64,000 nucleotides of DNA, from the NCBI GenBank assembly GCA_039698035.1, contig JBDKSW010000019.1, positions 66,140 through 130,139 of the forward strand, in the 5' to 3' direction. This DNA comes from Thermoguttaceae bacterium (GTDB taxonomy: Bacteria > Planctomycetota > Planctomycetia > Pirellulales > Thermoguttaceae). The notes under the pieces were generated by a model that saw only the letters and a program-made list of their open reading frames with translations, was not told the origin of the DNA and ran no database searches. Shown here one piece after another: positions 18,546 to 28,869 of the stretch (its first letter is position 1; the number at the start of each line of letters is the position of its first letter). A program made the position numbers and the translations under genes.

Positions 18546-18683
18546 GGCGTGCAACTTGAGTTTGTTCGGCCTATTCGCTAAAAAGAGGGATGGTACGCGA
18601 ACGGCGAAGGCGTTGGAAGGGGACCGCCGATTCGCCGGCGTCGCTTCCAGCGAGGACGCCCGCCCCGCAAAGGGGCCTTTCAC

Positions 18684-19193
18684 CTGGCGAGGACAGCCAC
18701 GAGCAAGCAGTCGAAGAAAAAAGGAGCGGCCGCGGCCGACCCCAACGAGAAGGTTATCAGCCAAAACCGCAAGGCCCGGCACAATTTCACCGTGCTCGAT
18801 ACGCTCGAATGCGGCATCGTGCTGGTGGGCAGCGAGGTCAAAAGCCTGCGCATCGGCCGCGTCTCGCTCGAGGAGGCCTACGCGCGGATCAAGAACGGCG
18901 AGGTCTGGCTCGTAGGCTGCGATATTGCCGAGTATTTCGAGGCCAATCAGTTCAACCACAATCCGCGCCGGCCCCGCAAGCTGCTGATGCACCGCCGCGA
19001 GGTCAAGCGGTTCGCCCATCGGGCCTACGAAAAGGGCCTGACCCTGGTCCCCTTGGAGATGCATTTCCGACGAGGACTGGCCAAGGTCGTCCTGGGCATC
19101 TGTCGCGGCAAACAGCAGCACGACAAACGCGACGCCATGAAGCGGGCCGACGCTCAACGTGAGATCCAACGCCAATTGCAACGACGGAGGTAG
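18684..19193 (+). CDS. smpB: SsrA-binding protein SmpB
   Basis: It reads ..KVISQNRKARHNFTVLDTLECGIVLVGSEVKSLR..EAYARIKNGEVWLVGCDI..YFEANQFNHNPRRPRKLLMHRREV.. The track start (GTG 18792) would remove the conserved NRKARH segment. The only in-frame upstream candidate after the TAA at 18579 is CTG at 18684, which has AAGGGG 8 nt upstream. The start is therefore uncertain. Confidence 0.75.
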   Translation: MARTATSKQSKKKGAAAADPNEKVISQNRKARHNFTVLDTLECGIVLVGSEVKSLRIGRVSLEEAYARIKNGEVWLVGCDIAEYFEANQFNHNPRRPRKLLMHRREVKRFAHRAYEKGLTLVPLEMHFRRGLAKVVLGICRGKQQHDKRDAMKRADAQREIQRQLQRRR

Positions 19194-19468
19194 CCACACC
19201 GCAAAGGCGGCTCGCCCGGTGCATCCCGGCTTCGCCCAAGAAAATGCCGAACCAAATGCCGGCCGCTTTCGTAAAACACACGTGCGGAGAGCTGTGTGAT
19301 ACGATTGACCATGGGACCTCGGAAGGCTGACGTAACGCCGGCTGAGCGACCGACGGCACGCCGGTCCTGTCTCGTAAATCGCCTTGACTCAAGAACTTAC
19401 CGCTCCGACGTTCCAACGACGCGACCAAGCCGCCCCCCCTTTCTGAGAGAACACTCCACAAGACGCCC

Positions 19469-20149
19469 ATGTTGCTCCTAAAGGACGTGAAGAAATCGTT
19501 CAAGCAGCCCGATGGATCGGCGCTGCCCGTACTGGATGTCCCCGAGTTTCGCGTTGCGGCAGGCGAACAAATGGTCATGGTCGGCCGCAGCGGATGCGGC
19601 AAGACGACCTTGCTCCACATCATCGCCGGGATCGGACGGCCCGACTCGGGCAAAGTGCGAATCGACGACTGGGACATCACGCTCATGCCCGAGGCCGAAT
19701 GCGACCGCTTTCGAGCGGAACGGATCGGCTACGTCTTCCAAACGTTCAACCTGCTGGCCGGCTTCACCGCGTTGGAGAACGTGCTGGTGGCCATGCGATT
19801 CGCCCGCGGCCGGCCCGACAAAGCCCGAGCGAAGCATCTGTTGGAACGAGTAGGCCTGAAGCATCGGATCACGCACCGCCCATCGCAGCTCTCGGTCGGC
19901 GAACAGCAACGCGTCGCGGTTGCCCGAGCGCTGGCCAACAAGCCGCAGTTGCTGCTGGCCGACGAACCGACGGCCAACGTGGACGCCGGCCACCAACAAC
20001 AACTGCTCGACCTGATCCGCGAAACGTGCCGAGAAGAGAACGTGGCGCTGGTTATGGTCACACACTCGAACGACGTGGCCACGCAATTCGATCGCATGGA
20101 TCATCTTGAGGACATCAACCGCGTGGCCGTGGGCGGCGCGATCGGCTAA
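19469..20149 (+). CDS. ABC transporter ATP-binding protein (MacB/LolD/FtsE-like)
   Basis: 226 aa. Walker A is GRSGCGKTT, the Q-loop is YVFQ, the signature is LSVGEQQRV and Walker B is LLLADEPT. Confidence 0.85.
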   Translation: MLLLKDVKKSFKQPDGSALPVLDVPEFRVAAGEQMVMVGRSGCGKTTLLHIIAGIGRPDSGKVRIDDWDITLMPEAECDRFRAERIGYVFQTFNLLAGFTALENVLVAMRFARGRPDKARAKHLLERVGLKHRITHRPSQLSVGEQQRVAVARALANKPQLLLADEPTANVDAGHQQQLLDLIRETCREENVALVMVTHSNDVATQFDRMDHLEDINRVAVGGAIG

Positions 20150-20278
20150 CTGGCATGTTTTTTTGTGGGACAGGTTGTCAACCTTCCCTGTTTTGGCCGC
20201 TTCGGGGCCGACAATCCAACCTGCCCCACGAAGCACCATCCCGAAATCCCAAAATCCCCAGTCCCCAACCTCTCCCCC

Positions 20279-21589
20279 ATGAGTCTCTGGAAAATCGCTT
20301 GGCGAAGCATTCAGCAGCGGTTCTTCGTCTCGATGCTGACGGTCCTGTCGATGGGGCTTGGCGTCGCGCTCGTCGTGGCCGTGCTGGTCGTCTACAACGT
20401 CGTCTATCAGTCGTTCCACCGCGGCGGCGAAGGCTATGACCTGATCGTCGGCGCCAAGGGCGGCCGAGAACAACTCGTCCTGAACACGGTCTTCTATTTG
20501 AGCCAGCCGGTCGGCAACATCCCTTACAGTTTGTATGACGAGCTGAAAGTCGGGAGTCGCTTTGCGAGCGACGTGGAAACGGCCATTCCCGTCTGCATGG
20601 GCCATACCTACCAGGGGTTCCGCGTCGTGGGCACCGTGCCCGAGATGTTCACCGACCTCAAGTATCGCGGCAACGAATCTTATCAGTTCGCGCAGGGGAG
20701 AAACTTCAAGGAGGACGAGCCCTTCGAGGCCGTCCTGGGCTCGGTTGCCGCGTACCGAACCCAGTTGCAGATCGGCGAGGACGTGCGAAGCATCGCCGGC
20801 GGCGGTCACACCGACAAGAAGCCCTTCAAGGTGGTTGGCATCCTGGCGCCCACGGGCACGCCAGTCGATCATGCCGTCTTCGTCAACATGCGCGGCTTCC
20901 AGGCGATGCATCACGCCGGAGAAGCCGCCGACCATGACGAGGCCGAGTCGCCCGACAAACAACACCAAGAGGCCGCAAAGCCCGAAGAGCGCCATGAAGA
21001 AGCGGCCCATCACGACCATGCGCACGGCGAAGAGATCTCCGCCGTCCTGGTTTGCATCGATCAGAAACGGGCCAACGCCGGGCGAACCGACGTCGTCGCC
21101 CGAATGATCAACGACGGCAAAGTGGCACAGGCCGTCGTGCCCGCCCGCGTCGTCGCCGACCTGTTTGAAGGCGTGGTCGGCAAGCTCCAATGGATCTTGC
21201 TGGGCATGGCCGTCCTGACCGTCATCGAGGCCGGAATCGCCATCATGGTCAGCATCTACAACTCGATGAGCGACCGCCGCCACGAAATCGCCGTGATGCG
21301 GGCGCTCGGCGCCAGCCGCTTCACCGTCATGATCGTCATTCTGATGGAGTCCATCTTGCTGGCGCTGATGGGCGGAGCGATGGGCCTCCTCCTGGGCCAT
21401 GGCGCCATCTGGGTCTGCACGCCGTTGATCGCCGATTGGACAGGCGTCGTCGTCGGCCTGCTCCAATTCCAATGGATGGAACTCGTGCTGATCCCCGGCC
21501 TCATCGTGCTGGCCTCGGCCGTCGGCTATCTGCCGGCCGTGGCGGCCTATCGGACCGACGTGGCCAAATCGTTGATTACGACGCCGTAA
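20279..21589 (+). CDS. ABC transporter permease, FtsX/MacB-type, with His/Glu/Asp-rich loop
   Basis: I start it at the Met at 20279 (MSLWKIAWRSIQQRFFVSMLTVL..). It has an N-terminal TM, a large extracytoplasmic domain and a C-terminal FtsX module (EIAVMRALGASRFTVMIVILMESILLALMG). Confidence 0.8.
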   Translation: MSLWKIAWRSIQQRFFVSMLTVLSMGLGVALVVAVLVVYNVVYQSFHRGGEGYDLIVGAKGGREQLVLNTVFYLSQPVGNIPYSLYDELKVGSRFASDVETAIPVCMGHTYQGFRVVGTVPEMFTDLKYRGNESYQFAQGRNFKEDEPFEAVLGSVAAYRTQLQIGEDVRSIAGGGHTDKKPFKVVGILAPTGTPVDHAVFVNMRGFQAMHHAGEAADHDEAESPDKQHQEAAKPEERHEEAAHHDHAHGEEISAVLVCIDQKRANAGRTDVVARMINDGKVAQAVVPARVVADLFEGVVGKLQWILLGMAVLTVIEAGIAIMVSIYNSMSDRRHEIAVMRALGASRFTVMIVILMESILLALMGGAMGLLLGHGAIWVCTPLIADWTGVVVGLLQFQWMELVLIPGLIVLASAVGYLPAVAAYRTDVAKSLITTP

Positions 21590-21663
21590 TCGGCGGGTGA
21601 GTTGCACTCCAGACGTTTTGTAAGGGATAATGAACGAGGCGACCCGCGGGTTGCCGAATCGAC

Positions 21664-22332
21664 ATGGCACTACCATTGGAACCCAACTCGATCGAACCGC
21701 ATCCGGGCAGGCCGGCGGTCCGTTATCGCGCGCTCGCGCCGCTGGCCATTGCCAGCATGGTTCTCGGCGTGCTCTCCCCGGCGACTGCACTGAGTTGGAC
21801 CCTGTTCCCAATTCCGATGGCCGGGGCCGCTCTGGGCTGGCTGGCGCAACGGCGCATTCGCCGCGCGCCGGACGAATGGGTCGGACTTGGGCTGGCCCGC
21901 GTTGGCCTCGCACTTTCCGTCGCGTCCTGGGTGTTCGGATTCTGTTGGCTCCTGTTCGCCCGCGGAAGCGAAGTGCCGCCCGGTTACGCGCGGATCACGT
22001 ATGAAATGCTTCAGCCCGACCCGCAAAAGCCGACGCAGCCGGTTCCGCAGTCCGCCTTGGACATGCAAGACAAAAAGGTCTTCATGCAGGGCTACATGAT
22101 GCCCTCGCGACGGCAGACGGGCATCAAGGAGTTCATCTTGTCGCCGACCAATGGCGAGTGCCAGTTTTGCAGCAAGGCCCCCCGGCCCACCGAAAAAGTC
22201 CGCGTCATCTTGCAAGGCGACCTCGAAACGGTTTTCACGACCCACTTGGTCCGCATTACGGGCCGGTTCCGCGTGGACGCCGAAAACGCGGCCGGAGTCC
22301 CCTACGGCATCGAGGCGGACTGGATCCACTAG
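21664..22332 (+). CDS. Membrane-anchored DUF3299-like protein
   Basis: 222 aa. Two N-terminal TM segments are followed by KKVFMQGYMMP...IKEFILSPTNGECQFCSKAPRPTEKVRVIL..ITGRFRV, which resembles DUF3299. It is the third gene after the ATPase and permease. Confidence 0.6.
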   Translation: MALPLEPNSIEPHPGRPAVRYRALAPLAIASMVLGVLSPATALSWTLFPIPMAGAALGWLAQRRIRRAPDEWVGLGLARVGLALSVASWVFGFCWLLFARGSEVPPGYARITYEMLQPDPQKPTQPVPQSALDMQDKKVFMQGYMMPSRRQTGIKEFILSPTNGECQFCSKAPRPTEKVRVILQGDLETVFTTHLVRITGRFRVDAENAAGVPYGIEADWIH

Positions 22333-22364
22333 AGCGTCGCTTCACGATCGCAACACGCTTCGAG

Positions 22365-23438
22365 CTAGGCCGCACCGCCCGAGACGGCCGCCTCGGGATA
22401 GAAACCGAGATTTTTGAAAGTCATTGCGGCCTTCCGCACGCCGTCGAGCGTCTTCTTGACGGCCGGATCGTCCGGTTTGCCTTGGAAGTCGAGAAGAAAG
22501 GCGAACACGCCCAGATTGCCGCGGATCGGCCGGGACTCGATCCGGGTCAGGTTGATCTTGTTTTCGGCGAACAGGCGTATCACGTCCGACAGGGCGCCGA
22601 CGCGGTGCGGGGTGGAAAAGGCGATGGTGCATTTGTTCGCCGCCCCCGTCGCCGGATACCTCGAAATGAAGACGAATCGCGTTGCATTTCCCGGATGGTC
22701 CTCGATCTCTGCCTCGACGACCTGCAGCCCATACAGAGCGGCCGCCAAGTGGCTGGCGATCACGCCGGCCGAGCGATGCTGTTCCTGGGCAAGCCAGCGG
22801 GCGGCGCCGGCCGTATTGTGGAAGGGCCGCGGCTCGAGCTTGTTCCGCGTCAGGAACGCGCGGCATTGGCCCAACGCCTGCGGGTGCGAATAGACCGAGC
22901 GGATTTCTTGACGACCGACGCCCGGCAACACCAACAGATGGTGATGGATCGGAATCGCGACCTCGGCGACGATGTGCAGGTCGGTGGCAATCAGCAGGTC
23001 GTTGACTTCCGCGACCGAGCCCTCCAAAGAGTTTTCGACTGGAACGACGCCGTACTCTAACTCGCCATTGGAGACGCACGAAAACACGTCCTGAAAGTCG
23101 GCGCAGGGAATGGGCGCCACGCCACGGACGAACGCCTGCGCCGCGATCTCGCCAAACGAGCCGTGTTCGCCGCCAAAGCCGACGAGCTCTAGATGCTTCT
23201 TTTGAAGCTCCTTGCTCTCGGCCAGAATCGACTGGTAGAGTCGCAGAAGAAACGCCTTGTCCAACAGCGGAGACGTTTGCGACGTGACGTGGGCAAGAAT
23301 GGCCTCCTCGCGTGCCACGTCCTGGGCGTCCCCCTTGTGCTTCTCGGCCTGCAACACGCATTCCATGCGTCGGCGCAGCAGTGCGACCACCTGCTGATCG
23401 AGCTGGTCGATCGCATCGCGAATTTCCACGAGTTTCAT
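22365..23438 (-). CDS. pheA: Bifunctional chorismate mutase / prephenate dehydratase (P-protein)
   Basis: I start it at the Met at 23438 (MKLVEIRDAIDQLDQQVVALLRRRMECV = CM_2 helix). The PDT domain reads VGFGGEHGSFGEIAA..VPVENSLEGSV..SHPQALGQC. The ACT domain has the TRIESRP motif (NLTRIESRPIRG). Confidence 0.85.
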   Translation of the reverse strand: MKLVEIRDAIDQLDQQVVALLRRRMECVLQAEKHKGDAQDVAREEAILAHVTSQTSPLLDKAFLLRLYQSILAESKELQKKHLELVGFGGEHGSFGEIAAQAFVRGVAPIPCADFQDVFSCVSNGELEYGVVPVENSLEGSVAEVNDLLIATDLHIVAEVAIPIHHHLLVLPGVGRQEIRSVYSHPQALGQCRAFLTRNKLEPRPFHNTAGAARWLAQEQHRSAGVIASHLAAALYGLQVVEAEIEDHPGNATRFVFISRYPATGAANKCTIAFSTPHRVGALSDVIRLFAENKINLTRIESRPIRGNLGVFAFLLDFQGKPDDPAVKKTLDGVRKAAMTFKNLGFYPEAAVSGGAA

Positions 23439-23571
23439 GACGGACTCCGCCTCGGATGATGAACCCTGTCGATGTTCCGCACCATCAGCCATTTCCAACG
23501 GAATTGGTCGACGACATCGCTTCCACAACCCGTGCCATCAGCTCCGGCCATCGGACGACCGTCCTCCGAGC

Positions 23572-24606
23572 CTACCGCTGCATCGCGTTGTTGATCGCTC
23601 TGAGGTAAAACGAAAACCCGCGAAAGATGAACACGGCGATGACCGCGGCGATGACCGCCCAAACGAGCCAGACGGCCACGTTCATCAAAATGGCAACGGA
23701 CGAGCGGGCCTGCTCCTGATATTGCTGGGCGAGCCGCTCCATCGACTCGGCCACCTGGCCGCTCTCCTCGCCGACGGCCAGCGTGTCCAGAAAATCGGCC
23801 GGATAGCCGCCGGCACGGCAGAACGCCTCGTGGATCGAGTTGCCCGCCACGATCTCGGCGTCCACGACCGAAATCTGATCGAGGTATCGCGCGTTGCGGG
23901 TGCTGCCAAGGCTCAGCTTCATCGCCTTGCGAACGTCCATCCCCGTGTTCATCGTCAGGTGCATCGACCAAGCCAGCCGCGACAGAGCGACCGTTTGCAG
24001 CGAATTTCCAATCACCGGAACCTTGAGCATCAGTCGCTGCACCGGCGCGGTCCACGCCAAGCCGCGACGGATGGCCTCGCAGGCAAGCCAAAACAGAAGG
24101 CCCAACACGCCAAGGAAGCTGAGGTAGGCAATCAGCCCGCCGGTGCCGACCAATCCGAAGCCAAAAATGTCGGCCTTGACCGGCAGCACGCCCATGATCC
24201 AAATGGCGAACCCAATGACGGCCAACGTGACGGCCAGCTCGACCAACGGCCAGGAGATGGCTGCGAGGAAGTGCCGCCGGATGGTCAGCCGGCCCCGATA
24301 GTATTCGGCCAACTGGGCCAAGACTCTTTCGAGGCATCCGGTCTGCTCGCCCACGACGATTAACTCGCGGAAGAGCGACGGGAAGTAATCTTCGGTGCGG
24401 GCCAGCGCATCGCCCAGCGTCTCGCCGCGATGGATGGCCTGACTGATGAGCAGAACGCGCGTGCGAAGCGGCCCGGTCGTCCGATCGGCCTCGCGCGCCC
24501 AGACGGTTCGCAGGTCGATGGCCGCTCCGACAGCCGTACTCAGACGGCCACAGAGTTCGACCAACTGTTTCAGGCCAATTCGGGGGGAGAAGAACATGCC
24601 CCTCAA
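23572..24606 (-). CDS. Type II secretion/type IV pilus platform protein F family (GspF/PilC-like), solitary
   Basis: 344 aa. It has two T2SSF-like repeats (..ISQAIHRGETLGDALARTEDYFPSLFRELIVVGEQTGCLERVL.. and ..DAEIVAGNSIHEAFCRAGGYPADFLDTLAVGEESGQVAESM..) and 3 TM segments. Confidence 0.75.
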   Translation of the reverse strand: MRGMFFSPRIGLKQLVELCGRLSTAVGAAIDLRTVWAREADRTTGPLRTRVLLISQAIHRGETLGDALARTEDYFPSLFRELIVVGEQTGCLERVLAQLAEYYRGRLTIRRHFLAAISWPLVELAVTLAVIGFAIWIMGVLPVKADIFGFGLVGTGGLIAYLSFLGVLGLLFWLACEAIRRGLAWTAPVQRLMLKVPVIGNSLQTVALSRLAWSMHLTMNTGMDVRKAMKLSLGSTRNARYLDQISVVDAEIVAGNSIHEAFCRAGGYPADFLDTLAVGEESGQVAESMERLAQQYQEQARSSVAILMNVAVWLVWAVIAAVIAVFIFRGFSFYLRAINNAMQR

Positions 24607-24798
24607 TATACCAGCGTTGCTCGGCTTGGCCCAGCGTCGCCAGCGCTAGCATCGCTGGCGCACTCTCGATCTTGTTCCCGTGTTCCCGCGTGGGAACGCG
24701 GCCGTCACGACGCGCGGCATCGCCCAAGCTCGCCGAGAGGGCGATTTTTCCCGCATGGAATGATGCTCAAACGCCTATTTTTCAGGCACTTCGCGTGG

Positions 24799-24827
24799 TT
24801 GACCGGTTTCCCTGGTTCCAGTATAAT
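24799..24827 (+). promoter_or_regulatory. Near-consensus sigma70 promoter of dnaG (TTGACC-N17-TATAAT)
   Basis: TTGACC at 24799-24804, a 17-nt spacer, then TATAAT at 24822-24827. It lies about 105 nt upstream of the dnaG ATG. Confidence 0.65.
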
Positions 24828-24870
24828 CAGCACCGCTGCTTGGGACACGGTTGTCCTTGGTCAAGCGGCA

Positions 24871-24914
24871 CGACAAACGGATTTGTCGCTGCGTGAGAGA
24901 GGGATTTCTCTCAC
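24871..24914 (+). promoter_or_regulatory. Two adjacent perfect hairpins in the dnaG leader
   Basis: CGACAAA-cgga-TTTGTCG at 24871-24888 and GTGAGAGA-gggatt-TCTCTCAC at 24893-24914. No strong U-tract follows. Confidence 0.4.
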
Positions 24915-24936
24915 ATTTCTGGCAAACTTACGCGAA

Positions 24937-26916
24937 ATGGAATTCGCCGGCATGGCCACCCAGGAGCTGACGGTGTCTGGCGGCTCGTTCGACACCAAAG
25001 AGCGGGTCAAGCAGGCGGTCGACATCGTCGATCTCGTCGGCAGCCACATCCAGTTGCGGCGTCAAGGCCGCAACTACGTCGGCCTCTGTCCCTGGCATGA
25101 CGACTCGCGTCCCAGTCTCCAGGTCAACCCCGAGCGCCAGTCCTTCAAATGCTGGGTCTGCGACATCGGCGGCGATGTCTTCAGCTTTGTCATGAAGATG
25201 GAAGGCGTCGAGTTCCGTGAAGCGCTCGAAATGCTGGCCGATCGCGCCGGCATCCAGATCGAGAAACCAGGACGACGACCGAACTTCGTTCTTGACGAGG
25301 CGGCCATCGGCCCCGAGGACGCTGCCGGCGGCTTCGCACCCGAAGCGCCGCGGCGGCATCAGGATCGACGCACCCTCTTGCAGGCCATGGCCTGGGCGGA
25401 ACAGCAGTACCACGACTGCCTGCTCCATGCGCCCGAGGCCGACACCGCTCGGCGTTATCTCCAAGAGCGGGGCATCACGGCCGAAAGCATCGAGCGGTTC
25501 CACCTTGGCTTCTCGCCGTTGGAACGCGACTGGATCCTGCGGCAATCCCATGGCGAGGCCAGCCCGGAACGGGTTCAACGTCGGGCGAAGGTTCTCGAAT
25601 CGATCGGTATTCTCGCTCGTCCGGCCGAAGGCGGGAGCCACTTCGACCGCTTCCGCGGACGGTTGCTATTCTCGATCCGCGACGGACAGGGCCGGCCCGT
25701 CGGCCTCGGCGGCCGCGTGCTGCCCGAGCTTGGGACGAACAGCCCGGCAAAGTACGTCAACTCGCCGGAAACGCCACTGTTCACGAAGAGCAAGCTGCTT
25801 TATGGACTCGATCAGGCCCGCGATGCCATGCGCAAAGCGCCGCGGACGGCTCTGGTCATGGAGGGCTACACGGACGTCATTGTGGCCCACCAGTACGGTT
25901 TCACCAACGCCGTGGCCGTGCTGGGCACCGCGTTGGGCGAGTCGCATATTCGCATCCTCAAGGCCCACGTCGATCGGATCGTCCTGGTCCTCGACGGCGA
26001 CGAGGCCGGCACGCGCCGCACCAACGAAGTCTTGGAGCTGTTCGTCGCCCAGCAGGCCGACCTGCGAATTCTGACGCTGCCGGAAGACCTGGACCCGTGC
26101 GATTATCTGCACAAGTACGGCCACGACGGCTTCGCGCGCCTTCTGGAAGAAGAGACTGTCGATGCGCTGGACCACGCCTTCGAGGCGAAAACGCGCGGAG
26201 TCGATCTCGATCGGGACGTTCATGGAGCCAGCCAGGCGCTCGAGGAGCTGATCGCCATCGTGGCCAAAGCGCCCCGGCTTCGACACGACACGACCCGCGA
26301 CGCGAGATTCCGCGAGGAAAAGATTTTGCAGCGGCTGGCTGCCCGGTTCCGGGTGGACGAGCGCGAGGTGCGGCGGCGTCTGACGACCCTTCGGCGCGCC
26401 GCGGCCGCGCCGCGGCCGACCGCCCAGTCGCTCGCCGCTTCGCAGGAAGCAGTCGCCGCGCCGTTGCCAACCAACCCGTGGGAGCGTGAACTGCTGCAAC
26501 TGCTGGTTTCGCACCCCGAGTGCATCGAGCCGGCGCGAAGCCAAATCGCGGCGGAACAGTTGGCCGTCGGCCCCTGCCGGCGGATTTACGAAACATGCTG
26601 TCGGCTGGCCGACGAGGGCGTTGCGCCCACGTTCGACCGGCTGATGCTGGAGTTCGACGAGCCGGCCATCAAGAACCTGCTCGTCGAATCGGATGAAACG
26701 GCCACGTCCAAAGGCTGGGCGGCGGCCGACGCGGCGGCCATTTTGTCCGAGTTGGAAAAGACCGTGAGTCGCAAGGAAGACGAGCGGCAGCGTCCGGCCA
26801 AGATCGTGACGCTACGCGAGGGAGGGTTGGATGCCCGCCAGCAGGCCGCCATGCTGGACGAAATCATCCACCAACAACGCGACCGGCAAGGCATTTCCGA
26901 ACCCACGGACGGGTAA
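24937..26916 (+). CDS. dnaG: DNA primase DnaG
   Basis: The zinc ribbon is CPWHDDSRPSLQVNPERQSFKCWVC. The RNA-polymerase core reads ..RFRGRLLFSIRD.. and the TOPRIM motif is EGYTDV...DGDEAG. The start is ATG 24937 or 24952. The track start at 24430 is a non-coding extension. Confidence 0.9.
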   Translation: MEFAGMATQELTVSGGSFDTKERVKQAVDIVDLVGSHIQLRRQGRNYVGLCPWHDDSRPSLQVNPERQSFKCWVCDIGGDVFSFVMKMEGVEFREALEMLADRAGIQIEKPGRRPNFVLDEAAIGPEDAAGGFAPEAPRRHQDRRTLLQAMAWAEQQYHDCLLHAPEADTARRYLQERGITAESIERFHLGFSPLERDWILRQSHGEASPERVQRRAKVLESIGILARPAEGGSHFDRFRGRLLFSIRDGQGRPVGLGGRVLPELGTNSPAKYVNSPETPLFTKSKLLYGLDQARDAMRKAPRTALVMEGYTDVIVAHQYGFTNAVAVLGTALGESHIRILKAHVDRIVLVLDGDEAGTRRTNEVLELFVAQQADLRILTLPEDLDPCDYLHKYGHDGFARLLEEETVDALDHAFEAKTRGVDLDRDVHGASQALEELIAIVAKAPRLRHDTTRDARFREEKILQRLAARFRVDEREVRRRLTTLRRAAAAPRPTAQSLAASQEAVAAPLPTNPWERELLQLLVSHPECIEPARSQIAAEQLAVGPCRRIYETCCRLADEGVAPTFDRLMLEFDEPAIKNLLVESDETATSKGWAAADAAAILSELEKTVSRKEDERQRPAKIVTLREGGLDARQQAAMLDEIIHQQRDRQGISEPTDG

Positions 26917-26932
26917 GGATGCCGAGGCTGGT

Positions 26933-26955
26933 GTAGGGCGTGAAGAACGCCCTAC
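26933..26955 (+). promoter_or_regulatory. Perfect 8-bp hairpin in the dnaG-rpoD intergenic spacer
   Basis: GTAGGGCG-tgaagaa-CGCCCTAC. It overlaps the GTG at 26940 that the track uses as the rpoD start. Confidence 0.45.
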
Positions 26956-27002
26956 GGGGATTAGACACCACTGCCGCGCACGAGGCGCGAAAGGAGTGTA
27001 CG

Positions 27003-28718
<1,716 letters not shown>

Positions 28719-28757
28719 CGCGGGCCGTCTCTACGGTCCCTTGTCCTTCGGACACAG

Positions 28758-28795
28758 GCCCACGGGATTGCAACCGTGGGCTTTTTTCTTTTCTT
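28758..28795 (+). terminator. Rho-independent terminator after rpoD
   Basis: GCCCACGG-gattgcaa-CCGTGGGC (a perfect 8-bp stem) followed immediately by TTTTTTCTTTTCTT. Confidence 0.8.
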
Positions 28796-28869
28796 GGCGT
28801 CCGCCCACCGGTCTCGTGAGCTGTGCCTTTCCGTCGAGTTGTCATCCCTAACCCCAAAACGATCCCTCC

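Noticed and set aside
17838-19199. 453-aa minus-strand ORF treated as one gene
   Set aside because: Only the C-terminal part, about 235 aa, is LipB-like. The N-terminal part is antisense to smpB and is low-complexity. It is a read-through of an open frame.
19194-19468. tmRNA (ssrA) or SRP RNA next to smpB
   Set aside because: I found no tRNA-like acceptor/T-arm (GGTTCGAATCC...CCA) and no tag-peptide reading frame. The SRP-like GGAA segment lacks the flanking conserved helix-8 pairing.
24430-24936. 169-residue N-terminal extension of the dnaG track ORF, and likewise 33865-34230 for the radical SAM ORF and 45269-45418 for wzx
   Set aside because: The extensions overlap neighbouring genes or a strong promoter and have junk composition. 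Internal Met codons give the family-typical N-termini.
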